NCBI GenBank assembly: GCA_040954595.2
Contig: CM082582.2
Coordinates: 10,841,483-10,905,482, forward strand
Length of the DNA: 64,000 nucleotides
Source: Balanoglossus misakiensis
Taxonomy: Eukaryota; Animalia; Hemichordata
Reading direction: 5' to 3'
Positions 53,370 through 64,000 of the stretch are shown piece by piece. The translations under genes and the position numbers were made by a program. The notes under the pieces are model-generated. The model did no database searches. It had not been told where the DNA came from and saw only the letters and a list, made by a program, of their open reading frames with translations. How positions within the stretch are numbered: position 1 is the first letter of the stretch; the number at the start of each line of letters is the position of its first letter.

Positions 53370-53472
53370 ATGGCGGCGGTTGGGCGGACCATCCGGGTGG
53401 TGCGTTACTGTTGTGCATGGATTACTCGTGTGATTCTGAGCTTCGACCGGTTCTCTTCTATGTCTTAACCAG
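53370..53472 (+). other. AGXT2: Probable first exon region of AGXT2 (start codon and presequence-like peptide); exon structure unresolved
   Basis: caagATGGCGGCG start context, MAAVGRTIRV...; in phase with exon 54539 if spliced at 53472|gttaga but has TAA at 53466-53468; alternatively spliced at 53399|gtgcgt. Confidence 0.5.
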
Positions 53473-54538
53473 GTTAGACAGCGGCCCGCATCCGTTCCTA
53501 CCGCAAAAACGACCCATGGTGTACACAGTTTTGCAGTTGCTCTTTTGTTCGGATCGTCTTTCGGAAGCCGCAAGCTAACCCGGCAGATTACGCAGTGTAG
53601 GGTGCGGTCCATCGGCCTTAATCATGTTAATACTGGCTTGTCCAGAACCTAGCTTTCGTGCTTTTCGTGTTTTAGTGCCAGTGAGCAAATGAGAAAAAAA
53701 CACAGCAGGGCTGGGCACTAGTTAACGTCATGATCCGAGCCAGATCTAACTAGATCCAAACAATGCAAAAGGGCTGCGTGTTATTGTCGACTGCGCCACC
53801 AACGGTTGGTTGTAGTAGGAGTTATAACAACAACAATAACACAGCTGCTAGCTGGCCCACGCACATCTGCTATCGTGGTATCGATTCCGGTCCGATTGTT
53901 CTGATAAGGTCTACGTCACGTGTTTAAAATGGCTTGATGCCAATAAACTGATAATACATGCGATGGGATCACGTGATGTTTTGCTGCATTTCTGGAGTGT
54001 TGCTCTTCGAAAAGATTTCTCCCCCCCCCCCGGTTTTTGGAGATGCGCGAATCCATTGGTTACCCCCCCCCCCTGTGAAAATCATTCAATGATATCACTA
54101 TTAATTTTTGTGGGACTTTAAGCTTACTAATTATTCAGACACCTGCAATAGCCATGGAGGTTGATTTAATAAAAATTATTACACTCATTATTTTTGCAGT
54201 GTAAATAGTTTCCTACTATTCCAGTATTTTTGTAAATAAAATGACATTAATTCTTCCCATACTTCCAGTGTATATGTGAAGATACTTTTATCAAACATCT
54301 GTTTTTATTTTGATAATAATGAATAATAATAAGCTGGTTGTTTAGCTGCGATGATATTGCACATATTAAAATGGATATAATTGATCAAAATTACCATGAT
54401 CACCCCGGCCTGAACTTTTTCGCATGTACTTTGTGATACAAGTGCACTCACACTGGTAATAAAAGCTTTTAACTGATTATCAGAGTTCTTAACAGTTGAA
54501 CTGAGGTTATAAATGTTGTATTTTGTGTTCATTCACAG

Positions 54539-54630
54539 CTCTGGCTGCTTTGAGCCCCAAAATACAGCAGGATGTGGAGCCATTGCCATTGGAAATGCCC
54601 CCAACGGACTTCAAGCCTGACCAGTACACT
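54539..54630 (+). CDS. AGXT2: AGXT2 exon
   Basis: [30 protein letters not shown]; donor |gtgagt. Confidence 0.88.
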
Positions 54631-57600
54631 GTGAGTTGATATGTTTACAGTTGATAGTTTAAGTGGCTTGGCAAATTGAGTTTTAACGGCACTGGTGTAT
54701 TGTTCTTTGAGGTGACAGACAGCAAGAAGTACCTGGACAGAGGGGGGCGCTTCCCAACTTCACCATTCGCTACCACTACAACTCGCTACGACGCTACATC
54801 ATTTTTATCATCAAGAACATCTTTTCATTTGTTATTTGTATTATTAATTACTGTCTACAGAATTTTAATCGCATGGTGGTTGGGAGGCTTCTGTGCAGAA
54901 AGTTTACAAGGTTAAGTACCGGTCCTTCTTTGCTGACTGGTTTGTCTACATGTCTGTTCATTTTTTTTGTTTCACTGTACTTATTGTTGTAATCCCATTG
55001 TTTCTGCACTCGCACGCATCTACAACATCCATGCAACCACCGTTGATAAGCGAAATCGAAATGTGCACTGTTATAATAATCGGTTTCTGTGTTCATTCAT
55101 CGACAGGGTATCGGGTACGAAGAGGCTTTGAGAGTGCGAAAAGAGCGATTGACGCCATCTTTGATGACGTACTACAAGAAACCCCTGATGCTGGTGCAGG
55201 GCTACAAACAGTGGTTGTTTGATGAGACGGGCAGGCGTTATCTCGATCTCTTTGCAGGTATCAACACTGTCAGTGTTGGACACTGTCACCCGTAAGTATC
55301 ATTTATAAAAGACAATTCAGTTATTGTCTTTTCATCTTAAAATTCTCTTTCTTAAAGTGACACCATCGTACAATACGCATGTTCCAAGATTTTATGTCCA
55401 TAAATATAGATTCTATACTCTCAGCCATTTGCAGTTGATCTTCGGCAATGAAATAAAACAAAAATGCAACAAGAATGTGTCAGAAACAGTTAGCAGATAG
55501 ACTGGTGTCTGTCCCAGTTACCAAATACACCTAACCGTGTGAAATTACAGACAGAAATGTCACCGAAGAATTTTTCCGATACATGCGTGATGTACAATAG
55601 TGTCACTTACCCGGGGTATGTCAAAATGGTAGTTCTTCAGCCTACTACTCTTTTTTTCTTCAAATTTGCAACAGAAAATCATCTGTTCCTGCAAGAACTT
55701 AAACGCGGCATGCTACTAATACTGAAAAAGACTTCAAAAAGTCTTATCCTCCATGGTGATACATTTTACTGCCGACAAAAGGGTTCTTCAGGAATGGTGT
55801 GATTTTCAGTTGTTCATTTAAAAAAAGAGTAATGTATTTCAAAACAAAATCCAACATTTCTGTCTCCTAGTGCAACTGAGCTAAAGAGTAGCTTGAGAAC
55901 TTGAGTCATCGCCGTATCAAAAATAACAGAAACAAGTCATGGGTCATGTGACACTTTTCAAAAGGTCAAAAATGATCGAGATTCAGTGGTTCGGTATCCA
56001 GCCAACTCACTGCATGCAGTGCCTGGGCTCTATCTGATACAACTGAAATTTATCAACTGACACCAATTACTGTCTGAAATTTTATTCGCGGCAATTCTAT
56101 TTTAATCTGGAAACAAAGTGAGATGTGCCACTCTGTTTATCTATTAGTAGCAATGCAAGACCCCTTAAAAGACAAAATTAGCAAAATTATCAAATAAATT
56201 AATGGAGACATAAGAAAACAAAGTGAACAGGTGAATTTCAGGAGACGCCAGGGTTGAAGCTGTGAATTTACAAGCAGACATCAATGCAAAAATTCTTCTG
56301 CCCAGAAAATTATCACCAGTCAGAGACAGAGTTGCTCATAATTTCAATGGTACAGTGCTGATTACAGCTGTATTTGGTATAATGGCAATTTTTTATCTTA
56401 TTGATTGATTGATTGATTGATTTTGGAAAACAAAATGAGAGCTTGAAAAGTTGCACAGTGATATGTTTCATTTCAGGTTGGCTTCGTGGCTTGAGTGGTG
56501 GAGATGTTGTCAGTGCAGAAAGGGGGATTAACTGTTCGTTTGATGTCAGTTTGGTGGTTTCCATTTTTTCTCAAAGACAACATGTTGAATGGTTGTGTCC
56601 TTACTGAGGAAGTCTGAACAAACCAAATGACATCAAATATGTACATGCCTCATAAAACAAACATGTCCCTTCTGTAGACATCATTGGAGTGACTTTTCAA
56701 GCTCTTGAGTTTACCAAACAAAAAAAGCAACCTTAAAGTTAAAGTGAAGACGAACTCTACACTGAGCAATATCATTCTTTGCGTGACTGGTATTTTGCGC
56801 AAGAATTTTTGATATTGCAGTCTGGTTAAATGACAACTGTGCCAACGACCCATGTGTTGTGCGTCGATCGATCGAGAGAAACGTGTGTGAGGGTTCCTGT
56901 GTGCGCAAATCAGCTCTGAGTGGATCGACGTATACCTGTGTACGTCCCCCCCAAAGGCCTTGCCACTAATTCTTTTTCTGCCATGTGTTCTCCCTTTCTA
57001 CCCCCTCTCACAGGAAAGTGGTGGATGCTTTAGAAAAGCAAATGAAGACATTGTGGCATACTAGCAACGTGTATATACACCCAAAGATCCATGAATATGT
57101 CACCAAATTAACTGATAAGCTACCGGGTGATTTGAAGGTAGTGGACAGTAATGGCGCATATTTTTTAAGGGGATTTTTTTATATTTTGGTTTGGGAGAAT
57201 CCTTTTTTTTTTTTTGCTTCCAGTGCTGTCCACTGCAATACTTATGAACTATTGATAGATGACTAATCTGGTCATTCATGTGCTTCAGTAGGTAATTTTT
57301 GGACAAAATTTATACCTTCTTCAGATTGAACAAAAACAATCTTCCTGTGGAAAAGCATATTGTCTGGTTCATACAGTGAGACCTGTTCTAAAAATCCTGA
57401 ATTATGATGAAAAGCACCTGTGAATTTGCCTTGATTTTGAGTGAAAATGAATCTTCAAATGTGAATTCTATGCTTCATTGTGAATCAAGTAATTACCTTG
57501 TCTCATGATTTGGCAAACACTTGATGCACATTTGCATTTTCAGCCATTCAAGTTAAGGTTCTCAAAAAAACAACTGAAGCATGTGAAATGTATCTTAGAT

Positions 57601-60600
57601 TAGTCATCACAGCTGATAAGATGGATATTACTCAGTATTTAAGTCTGTGTGCATGCAACTTACCCAGTGACGTCTGTGCCAAAGTCTGGATTTTGTCGCT
57701 GGAATTTTAATATTTTCAGGTAACGATGGCAGTCCAAGTATATTCACCTAGCGTAGGCTGTTTTCAGAATGTTATCAAGCTTTCTGCTGCAGTTTGTCAT
57801 TTTCCAAAAAACAAAGAAAACTAACATTCCAAATCACACTGAAATTCAGAACTATTTAAAATAATACCTGTTTGATCATGAAAACATGCAAAAGAATAAA
57901 TGATATGGATGGTAGGAGTTCAAAACCATGAGAGATTCTATCCATCCTCTGTAATGAAAATAAACAGTCAGAAAGTTTGATGCAATATGTATGACAGCTA
58001 TGTATTTCTTAAGGAAGGTAGAAGCAGTAGGTCTGGATGTTGCAGGAGTTCGCGGTCCTGGTGCAAATCACGTAATCAGGATATAGCTCGTTCTAAAAAA
58101 ATACCCACGAGACCAAATATTGTTCTTGCTCGACCTTCATTTCATATTTCAGAGAACAGTTTAGCGGAGCAGTCTGGAGCAGTTTCTCTTTCCCAAATCG
58201 AGCAGAGCAGTATTTTGCTTATATAAAAAAAAGCAAACAGCAAAAAGCATCTATGCTTTTGACTCTCTCACAGGACTTTGCCGGGACCGAGACCGGACAG
58301 ACCGTGTTTTTGTTGTAGGAGATGTTTTTTGTATAAAAATTACATTTTTATTAAAGGGATCAAAACAGTCCGAGAAATGTGAGGAGTCTGACGTGTATTT
58401 GAACATTTTCAGGTGGCGTATCTGGTGAACAGTGGCTCAGAGGCAAATGACTTGGCTTTGCTGTTAGCAAGACTCCACACTGGCAGTTTTGATGTGATTT
58501 CACTGAGGTATGTGTTTTATTATTCACTTACTTTAGCTCGTTTTGTGCAGGAAATTATTCTGTTTGAAACCCATGTGCCAAATGGACTGAAAGAAACTTT
58601 GCAGAGGACAGGTCTCAGTAGGGTGTATAAGTTTGGACAAAGTTTGATTTGGACAGATTTCACTATGCTCACATCATCTAGAAATTTGGTGAAGTAGATG
58701 AAAATAAGTTCACCTTGTGTGATATTCTGGTTGAATTTGCAGGAGCGCCTATCACGGCGGTAGTCCATATCTCCAGGGCCTGACCGCCATGCAGACCTGG
58801 AATTATTCCTTTGCCAGAGGATTCGGAATTCACAACTCCATGAACGCTGACGTATTCCGTGGATCATACGGTGGTGCCCACTGCCGAGATTCACCAGTAC
58901 AGGTACAGCAAATCATATATCATCAAGAGATTATAGGAGATTATTTAAAAGTCAATTTCAATCACATCATATATGATTTCTGGGCATGCTTATATAGCTT
59001 GCAACCACCGTAAAAGCTGCCCTTATAGGGTGGAAGACTTACTGGGTTAATACCTCATTTTTGTTTTAACTGTATTAGACTATCCGTGACTGCAACTGCC
59101 AAGCAGGACAGTGCGAGGCCAATGAGAAGTATGTACATCAGGTGGAGGATGTTCTGAAACATTCCTGTCCGAAGAGTATCGCTGGTATATTCATTGAACC
59201 TATCCAGGTGAGTACAGAGGCATGGTTGAAATTGGTCTCGGTACAAGAGAAATGGACTACCGCTGGTTAGCTTTTTAAAGATTATGAAAATACTCTGTCA
59301 TGAAAAGGATCTAAGTAGGATATTTTGGTGTGTTTTCCTTACCCCAGGGTGCTGGTGGAATCACTCAGTATCCTAAGGACTTTGTGAAGGGTGCCTATGA
59401 AGCGGCCAGAAGGAAGGGAGCTGTCTGCATCTCTGATGAAGTGCAGACAGGTTTTGGCAGAATGGGAAGCCACTACTGGGGATTTGAGACGCACGGTGTC
59501 ATGCCTGATATTGGTGAGTCTAAAAGTTTGGAATGCGAGAGATTTCCCCCAAAATTGACCTGTAATATTTCTATTTTGGGTGAGGTGAGTTCAGAGGACA
59601 AGTCTGAATATATTTGTGAGTGCTTCCTCAGACCATGTATTGATTCTGTCTGTGAGTGTGTATGGGTTCCTGTCATTATTAAACTGTGATTGTTTTTCAC
59701 ATTACAGTCACCATGGCCAAGGGTATTGGTAATGGCTTCCCATTGGCTGCAGTCGTCACCACACCAGGTGAGAATCATGGATTAAACCATACTGTAGTTG
59801 TAAAAACCTGTGCTTTTAAGATGCCTTACCACACCTCCCGTCAGTATGTGGCATTAAGCTTGCTTTATGGAATCTTTGCAATGGTTGCAATGTGTAAACA
59901 AGGGAGTCATACTGAGTTATATTGTGAACTTTATTGAGTCTATTCATTTGTTTTTTGCATTTCAGAAATTGCTAAATGCCTGACAGATGCCTTGCATGTA
60001 AACACCTTCGGTGGCAACGCACTGGCCTGTGCTGTTGGAGCCTCAGTCATTGATGTACGTATACAACTTAGAGCAACTCTTTTTATAATCTTTTCCCCAG
60101 CATATTTTACAATTTGGGGTTTTGGCACACATTTCCCCAGCTTCACATTAAATTGACTTGCCTTCCCTTCCACACTAGGTCATTGATGAGGAGAAGCTAC
60201 AAGAGAACGCTGAGGTTGTCGGCACTTACCTGATGAAGGAGTTAGCGAAGCTCCGAGACGAGTTTGAAATCTTGGGAGACGTGCGAGGCAAGGGTCTCAT
60301 GATCGGCATTGATCTCGTCACAGACAAGGTAATGATGCAGTAGCTGAGTTTTCAATCAGTCATATTGTACTGTTACAGCAACTCAGTATGCATCTGCTTT
60401 ACATCATTCAAAATCATAAAGTTATTTTATCTATAATGTACGTCTCTCATCGATCTTGATAAATTAACACAGACTGACAGACATTTGTGTTTCATTTTCC
60501 AGGAATCCCGTTCACCACTGCCAGCAGCCGATGTAAGCGACATACTGGAAGACACCAAAGAAAGGGGAATCTTACTTGGAAAGGCAGGATTGTACGGCAA

Positions 60601-60998
60601 TGTAAGGAAATATCATTGTACAATAGGGGTCTGTTTTTGACCAAAATGAGGGTCACATACTTGAGGTCGTGGTTTTCAAAACTGAGATGTATCAAGGAAG
60701 AAGATTGTTGCTCTTCTTGTAGGGCTGTAATGAAAATTACAATTTGCAACTCATATTGATTTTAAATTTATACATGTAAATAAATAAATAAATAAATAAA
60801 TAAATTGATATATTTTTTTGACAGGTGCTTCGAATCAAGCCACCGATGTGCATCACCAAAGCCGATGCCGACTTTGCAATTGACACTTTCAGAAAAGTTC
60901 TCGTCGACTACACCAAGAGGAAACCATTTTTTGAGACAAACAAACAAAACAAACGCGTCGTCACCAAGCAGAAAGTAGACATGTACGTGAAATCATGA
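54539..60998 (+). CDS. AGXT2: Alanine--glyoxylate aminotransferase 2 (class-III PLP aminotransferase), 12 resolved coding exons; N-terminal exon uncertain
   Basis: Exons 54539-54630, 55107-55291, 57014-57137, 58413-58507, 58743-58902, 59079-59207, 59348-59513, 59708-59767, 59966-60054, 60179-60328, 60503-60601, 60825-60998 splice in phase. Motifs: [53 protein letters not shown] (AGXT2-typical), [25 protein letters not shown] (PLP lysine), [26 protein letters not shown]. Confidence 0.95.
55107..55291 (+). CDS. AGXT2: AGXT2 exon
   Basis: [19 protein letters not shown]...SVGHCHP; donor |gtaagt. Confidence 0.94.
55356..55607. mobile_element. ~250-bp MITE-like insertion in an AGXT2 intron
   Basis: Left end ttaa-AGTGACACCATCGTACA; right end TGTACAATAGTGTCACT (15/17 inverted match). 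TTAA on the left flank suggests Kolobok/piggyBac type; right TSD is degenerate. Confidence 0.5.
56401..56421. repeat. (TTGA)5 microsatellite
   Basis: ttgattgattgattgattga. Confidence 0.85.
57014..57137 (+). CDS. AGXT2: AGXT2 exon
   Basis: [41 protein letters not shown]. Confidence 0.93.
58413..58507 (+). CDS. AGXT2: AGXT2 exon
   Basis: [32 protein letters not shown]. Confidence 0.94.
58743..58902 (+). CDS. AGXT2: AGXT2 exon
   Basis: [14 protein letters not shown]...[18 protein letters not shown]. Confidence 0.94.
59079..59207 (+). CDS. AGXT2: AGXT2 exon
   Basis: [18 protein letters not shown]...[10 protein letters not shown]. Confidence 0.94.
59348..59513 (+). CDS. AGXT2: AGXT2 exon
   Basis: [12 protein letters not shown]...[26 protein letters not shown]. 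Confidence 0.95.
59708..59767 (+). CDS. AGXT2: AGXT2 exon (PLP-binding Lys)
   Basis: [20 protein letters not shown]. Confidence 0.95.
59966..60054 (+). CDS. AGXT2: AGXT2 exon
   Basis: [30 protein letters not shown]. Confidence 0.94.
60179..60328 (+). CDS. AGXT2: AGXT2 exon
   Basis: [18 protein letters not shown]...[18 protein letters not shown]. Confidence 0.95.
60503..60601 (+). CDS. AGXT2: AGXT2 exon
   Basis: [33 protein letters not shown]. Confidence 0.93.
60777..60804. repeat. (TAAA)7 microsatellite
   Basis: taaataaataaataaataaataaataaa in the last AGXT2 intron. Confidence 0.9.
60825..60998 (+). CDS. AGXT2: AGXT2 terminal exon
   Basis: [29 protein letters not shown]...DMYVKS then TGA. 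Confidence 0.92.
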   Translation: MLRIKPPMCITKADADFAIDTFRKVLVDYTKRKPFFETNKQNKRVVTKQKVDMYVKS

Positions 60999-63138
60999 AC
61001 ACATGCCCAAAAAAGTGAAAAAACATGTAAATGAACTGAGCACAGCTCTTTGTCGTACCAGATATGTACAAAATGGGAATGAAAGGGGGACAGTCGAGCA
61101 TTCATGCCTTCAGACAAGTTATGGTATCCTGTTTATGGAGGCTTGCTTATAATGTATTGAGCAACTTTTAATCATCCAAATTGGAACGCTGAGCTCAGTT
61201 TATGCTGCATCTTTGTTGGTTCATATGATTGCCTGGTGACATTGAACACTGCAGTTTCTGTGGAGAAGTTTGACTTTAACGGAACTGTTGATCTGCCATG
61301 CATAATTGCAATCACATGGGGGAAATTGTACAGTTCTCTGTCTGGCAGATGACATTTTCTGCAAATGTTTATTTTTTTTATTCTATATATTTTTTTTTCT
61401 TGAGCGTATTTTCTGCCAAAGCATTTGTACCAGTGTCGAGGATTTTGTTGACATTGCTGACAATTCTAAAGGGCCTGCACACATCTCCATGTTTTTGGCA
61501 GATTAAATGCCATTACAAATTCAAACTATCCGAGAAATTTTGCACTCCTGTAAGAGACAATCCAACTTTTCCACATAAGATACCTTGTTTTCTCAACAGT
61601 CTTTTTAAGTAGAATACACCTGGGAGGCGTTTTTTCACACAAAAACCAAAATCCTCAAAATTGTTCACTCTTTGCGCGAGTAGAAGTTTGTTTCAGTGAA
61701 ACAAGGGGTTTCCAGTCCCACTATGTGCTTTGGCCATTTTGAATTTCAAGTGTAATAAGTAGACTTGACATACAAATCACATGGCTTAACTTTAATCTGG
61801 ATTGTACTAAATTTAAACTTAGCAAAGTGTGTGAGAAAAGATACAGTTTTGAGACATTTTGACTTCCAAGGAGAGCTTTATCAGTGAGGTGCCCGTGATG
61901 TAAATAAACACTGAATACTGTAAATGGAAAACTTTAATTGACAAGCATTGTACATATAAGCGACTGAGGATTAACGTTTAACAATAAAGCTCTCCTGAAG
62001 GTGTAGATTTAGATATGTTATGAAAATAAGTATTTGAGAGTTTGAAGTTTGAACACATTCAATGTAAAGGCTGTTCAGAGGCGCAACAAGTTTGATGGAT
62101 AATGTGTATCTATGACTTTTTTTGAACATATGGCTTACTTTATTACTGGTGTATGTTGACGGGTTTCGAGTACATACAAGATGGCTTGGGAAGGCCATGT
62201 ACCTTTACTTCAATGATAAAAATGAAACGATATGTGATTTATGTTAAAATGTATCTTTTTGAAAAGTAAATTTATCTTTAAATTGGAATAAAAGAATTAT
62301 CAGACATTTTAGATGTTCGTATTGTTCTTTCACTTCGCAGCATGAGTGATTTCCACGACTGACAAATGTCTGTGTGATTGCTTTTGCACGTAAATTGCTT
62401 TGAGAAATGGAAAATGATGACATCAGTAATTGTCAGAACTGAGTAACTCATAAATCTACAAACAGCTCCAAAAAGCATAGGAGACAATTGCAAGCACCGA
62501 CAATTCAGTATGGGTTTGTATGTTTAAGATCCATCGAATGGTGGGGTTATTAAGGATCATTTGAACATTTACTGTGTTTGCCAGTCATCCACTTGTTTTT
62601 AAGAATCCGACCTTGAACTTGGCATGGATTCTTGCATCCATAAACATGCCTTCTACAAAACGATTTGCCAGCTATTTCAAGGCCATGGAAGATTTACTGG
62701 GTGTTGTTTGGAGGACATTGACATTACAGCTTGCCCTTGACCTTGGTTTGGTTTCATCCGGAAACCTTAAAGTAATATGAGAGTGTTTGTCTGTGTTTTG
62801 CCATTTGCTGTTTGAACTTTTCATGAAACGTTACCAGAAGAAGAAAAAAATGTCATCTTGCAATATTTTTCCACACAAGTGACTGCATGTGATATTACAC
62901 ATTGATGATGTCAAAACTGAATTCATAGTAAAGCTTGTTTGTAGGAAAACAAATTGGAGCATCAGGAATCTGCATTGTTAAAATTGTGATGTTAAAGAAT
63001 AAGGTTGAAATATTTATTTTAAACTATGTAATAATTGTGTTCGATACTCTTCCGACATCTTCAATCGCGCCCTCTGTGTTGCAGGCAGAGAATATTCAAA
63101 ACACAATCTGAATCCGAATCTTTGTTCATTCAACCAAA

Positions 63139-64000
63139 ATGGCGACTCGCAGCAAAAGGAAAGCTGGGCAAGAGGAACACGAAGATACGGAAATTAACAA
63201 CATAACGGTGAGTAATTGTGTATCCATACATGCGCTTACATCTTCTTGACCATACGTGTACCGTCACTGTGAATAAAACAGGTGATGTCACTAAATGGCG
63301 TTGAGATTTCACTTCCGGATGAGAAACACGTGTACGCGAGTTCCACTTGTACACATGGTCTGGTTTTCGGCATCTTTCACGCGTGTGATGAATATGAAGG
63401 GAAGGCCAACGTATTTTGGGGGATATTGATCTGCAATCGTGTCCATAGCAACTCGTTTTCATTAGCCGTCACACTAAATATAAGTGACAAACTGCATCAC
63501 CATCAACTTGCATGCTCGTTAAATGGCCATGGTGGCAGCAGCCATTCCAGGCCCATCTTCTTGCTCACAAACTCCCATGTTCTCCTGTTTGTACGACAGC
63601 TGGATAATTTAATGGTGAAAAATGAAGACGAAGACAGCGAGGACGATTCAGAAAGTGAGGAGAGTTACTACTCGGGTCTAGAGGAGGAGGAGGAGGAGTC
63701 AGATGATGTGACGTCAGATGATGAAGGCAGTCTTGATGAGGTATGCATAATTGAAAATCCTGATCCTAACCAACAAATCTGCCAAAAAGTAAAAGAATGG
63801 AATAATTTTCACTCCAAAAAAGTTTGTTGAATCATGTGGACTATTGAGAATTCTTTGATAAATTCATGTATACCATAATAGGTTGACGAGGATGATTCAT
63901 CAGAAAAGAGTGATGATGAGGATAGCAGTGAAGATGACGATGAAGATGGACAAGAGATTGGTATTGAGAGCAGATCAAGAGAAAGAAAAGAGACAGAAGA
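63139..64000 (+). CDS. BOP1: Probable ribosome biogenesis protein BOP1/ERB1, N-terminal acidic region (partial; continues beyond window)
   Basis: caaaATGGCG start; exons 63139-63207, 63600-63740, 63882-64000+ in phase 0: MATRSKRKAGQEE...EDSEDDSESEESYYSGLEEEEEESDD... The SEESxxSGLE motif in an acidic tract matches the recalled BOP1 N-terminus. The diagnostic BOP1NT and WD40 domains lie outside the window. Confidence 0.65.

Noticed and set aside
57404-57580. ATGATGA (C-box) in an AGXT2 intron, and GTGATGA at 63386 in BOP1 intron 1
   Set aside because: No suitably spaced D box with terminal stem, and no recognisable rRNA antisense element; not called as snoRNAs.
58030-58305. Weak inverted similarity (cggtcctggtgcaaa vs tttgccgggaccg) in an AGXT2 intron
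   Set aside because: Too degenerate to define termini or a TSD.

Overview
Eukaryotic, intron-rich genomic DNA with GT-AG introns. It looks like a marine invertebrate, plausibly a non-vertebrate deuterostome, but the taxon cannot be fixed from sequence alone. Walking splice sites by hand gives four protein-coding genes. (1) A 7-exon TEPP/SPMIP8 orthologue (sperm/ciliary microtubule inner protein, ~188 aa) on the minus strand, 3345-6367. (2) A complete 18-exon membrane receptor guanylyl cyclase of natriuretic-peptide-receptor architecture (~1065 aa, with an ~18 kb second intron) on the minus strand, 9916-45065. (3) AGXT2, a class-III PLP aminotransferase, on the plus strand: 12 clear coding exons at 54539-60998 plus an ambiguous first exon near 53370. 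(4) The acidic N-terminal exons of probable BOP1, from 63139 to the window end. The rest is intron/intergenic DNA with microsatellites, short duplications, MITE-like inverted repeats, and RFX X-box and CTCF-like motifs. Most short ORFs in the supplied track are spurious. I found no rRNA, tRNA, CRISPR array or intact transposase/RT, and nothing I can call a new biological system with confidence. The best leads are: the AGXT2 5' exon, whose presequence-like frame carries an in-frame TAA at a site readable as both splice acceptor and donor; X-boxes plus a candidate alternative start exon that could give an ectodomain-less cyclase; and a possible cilia/sperm regulatory link between TEPP and the cyclase.
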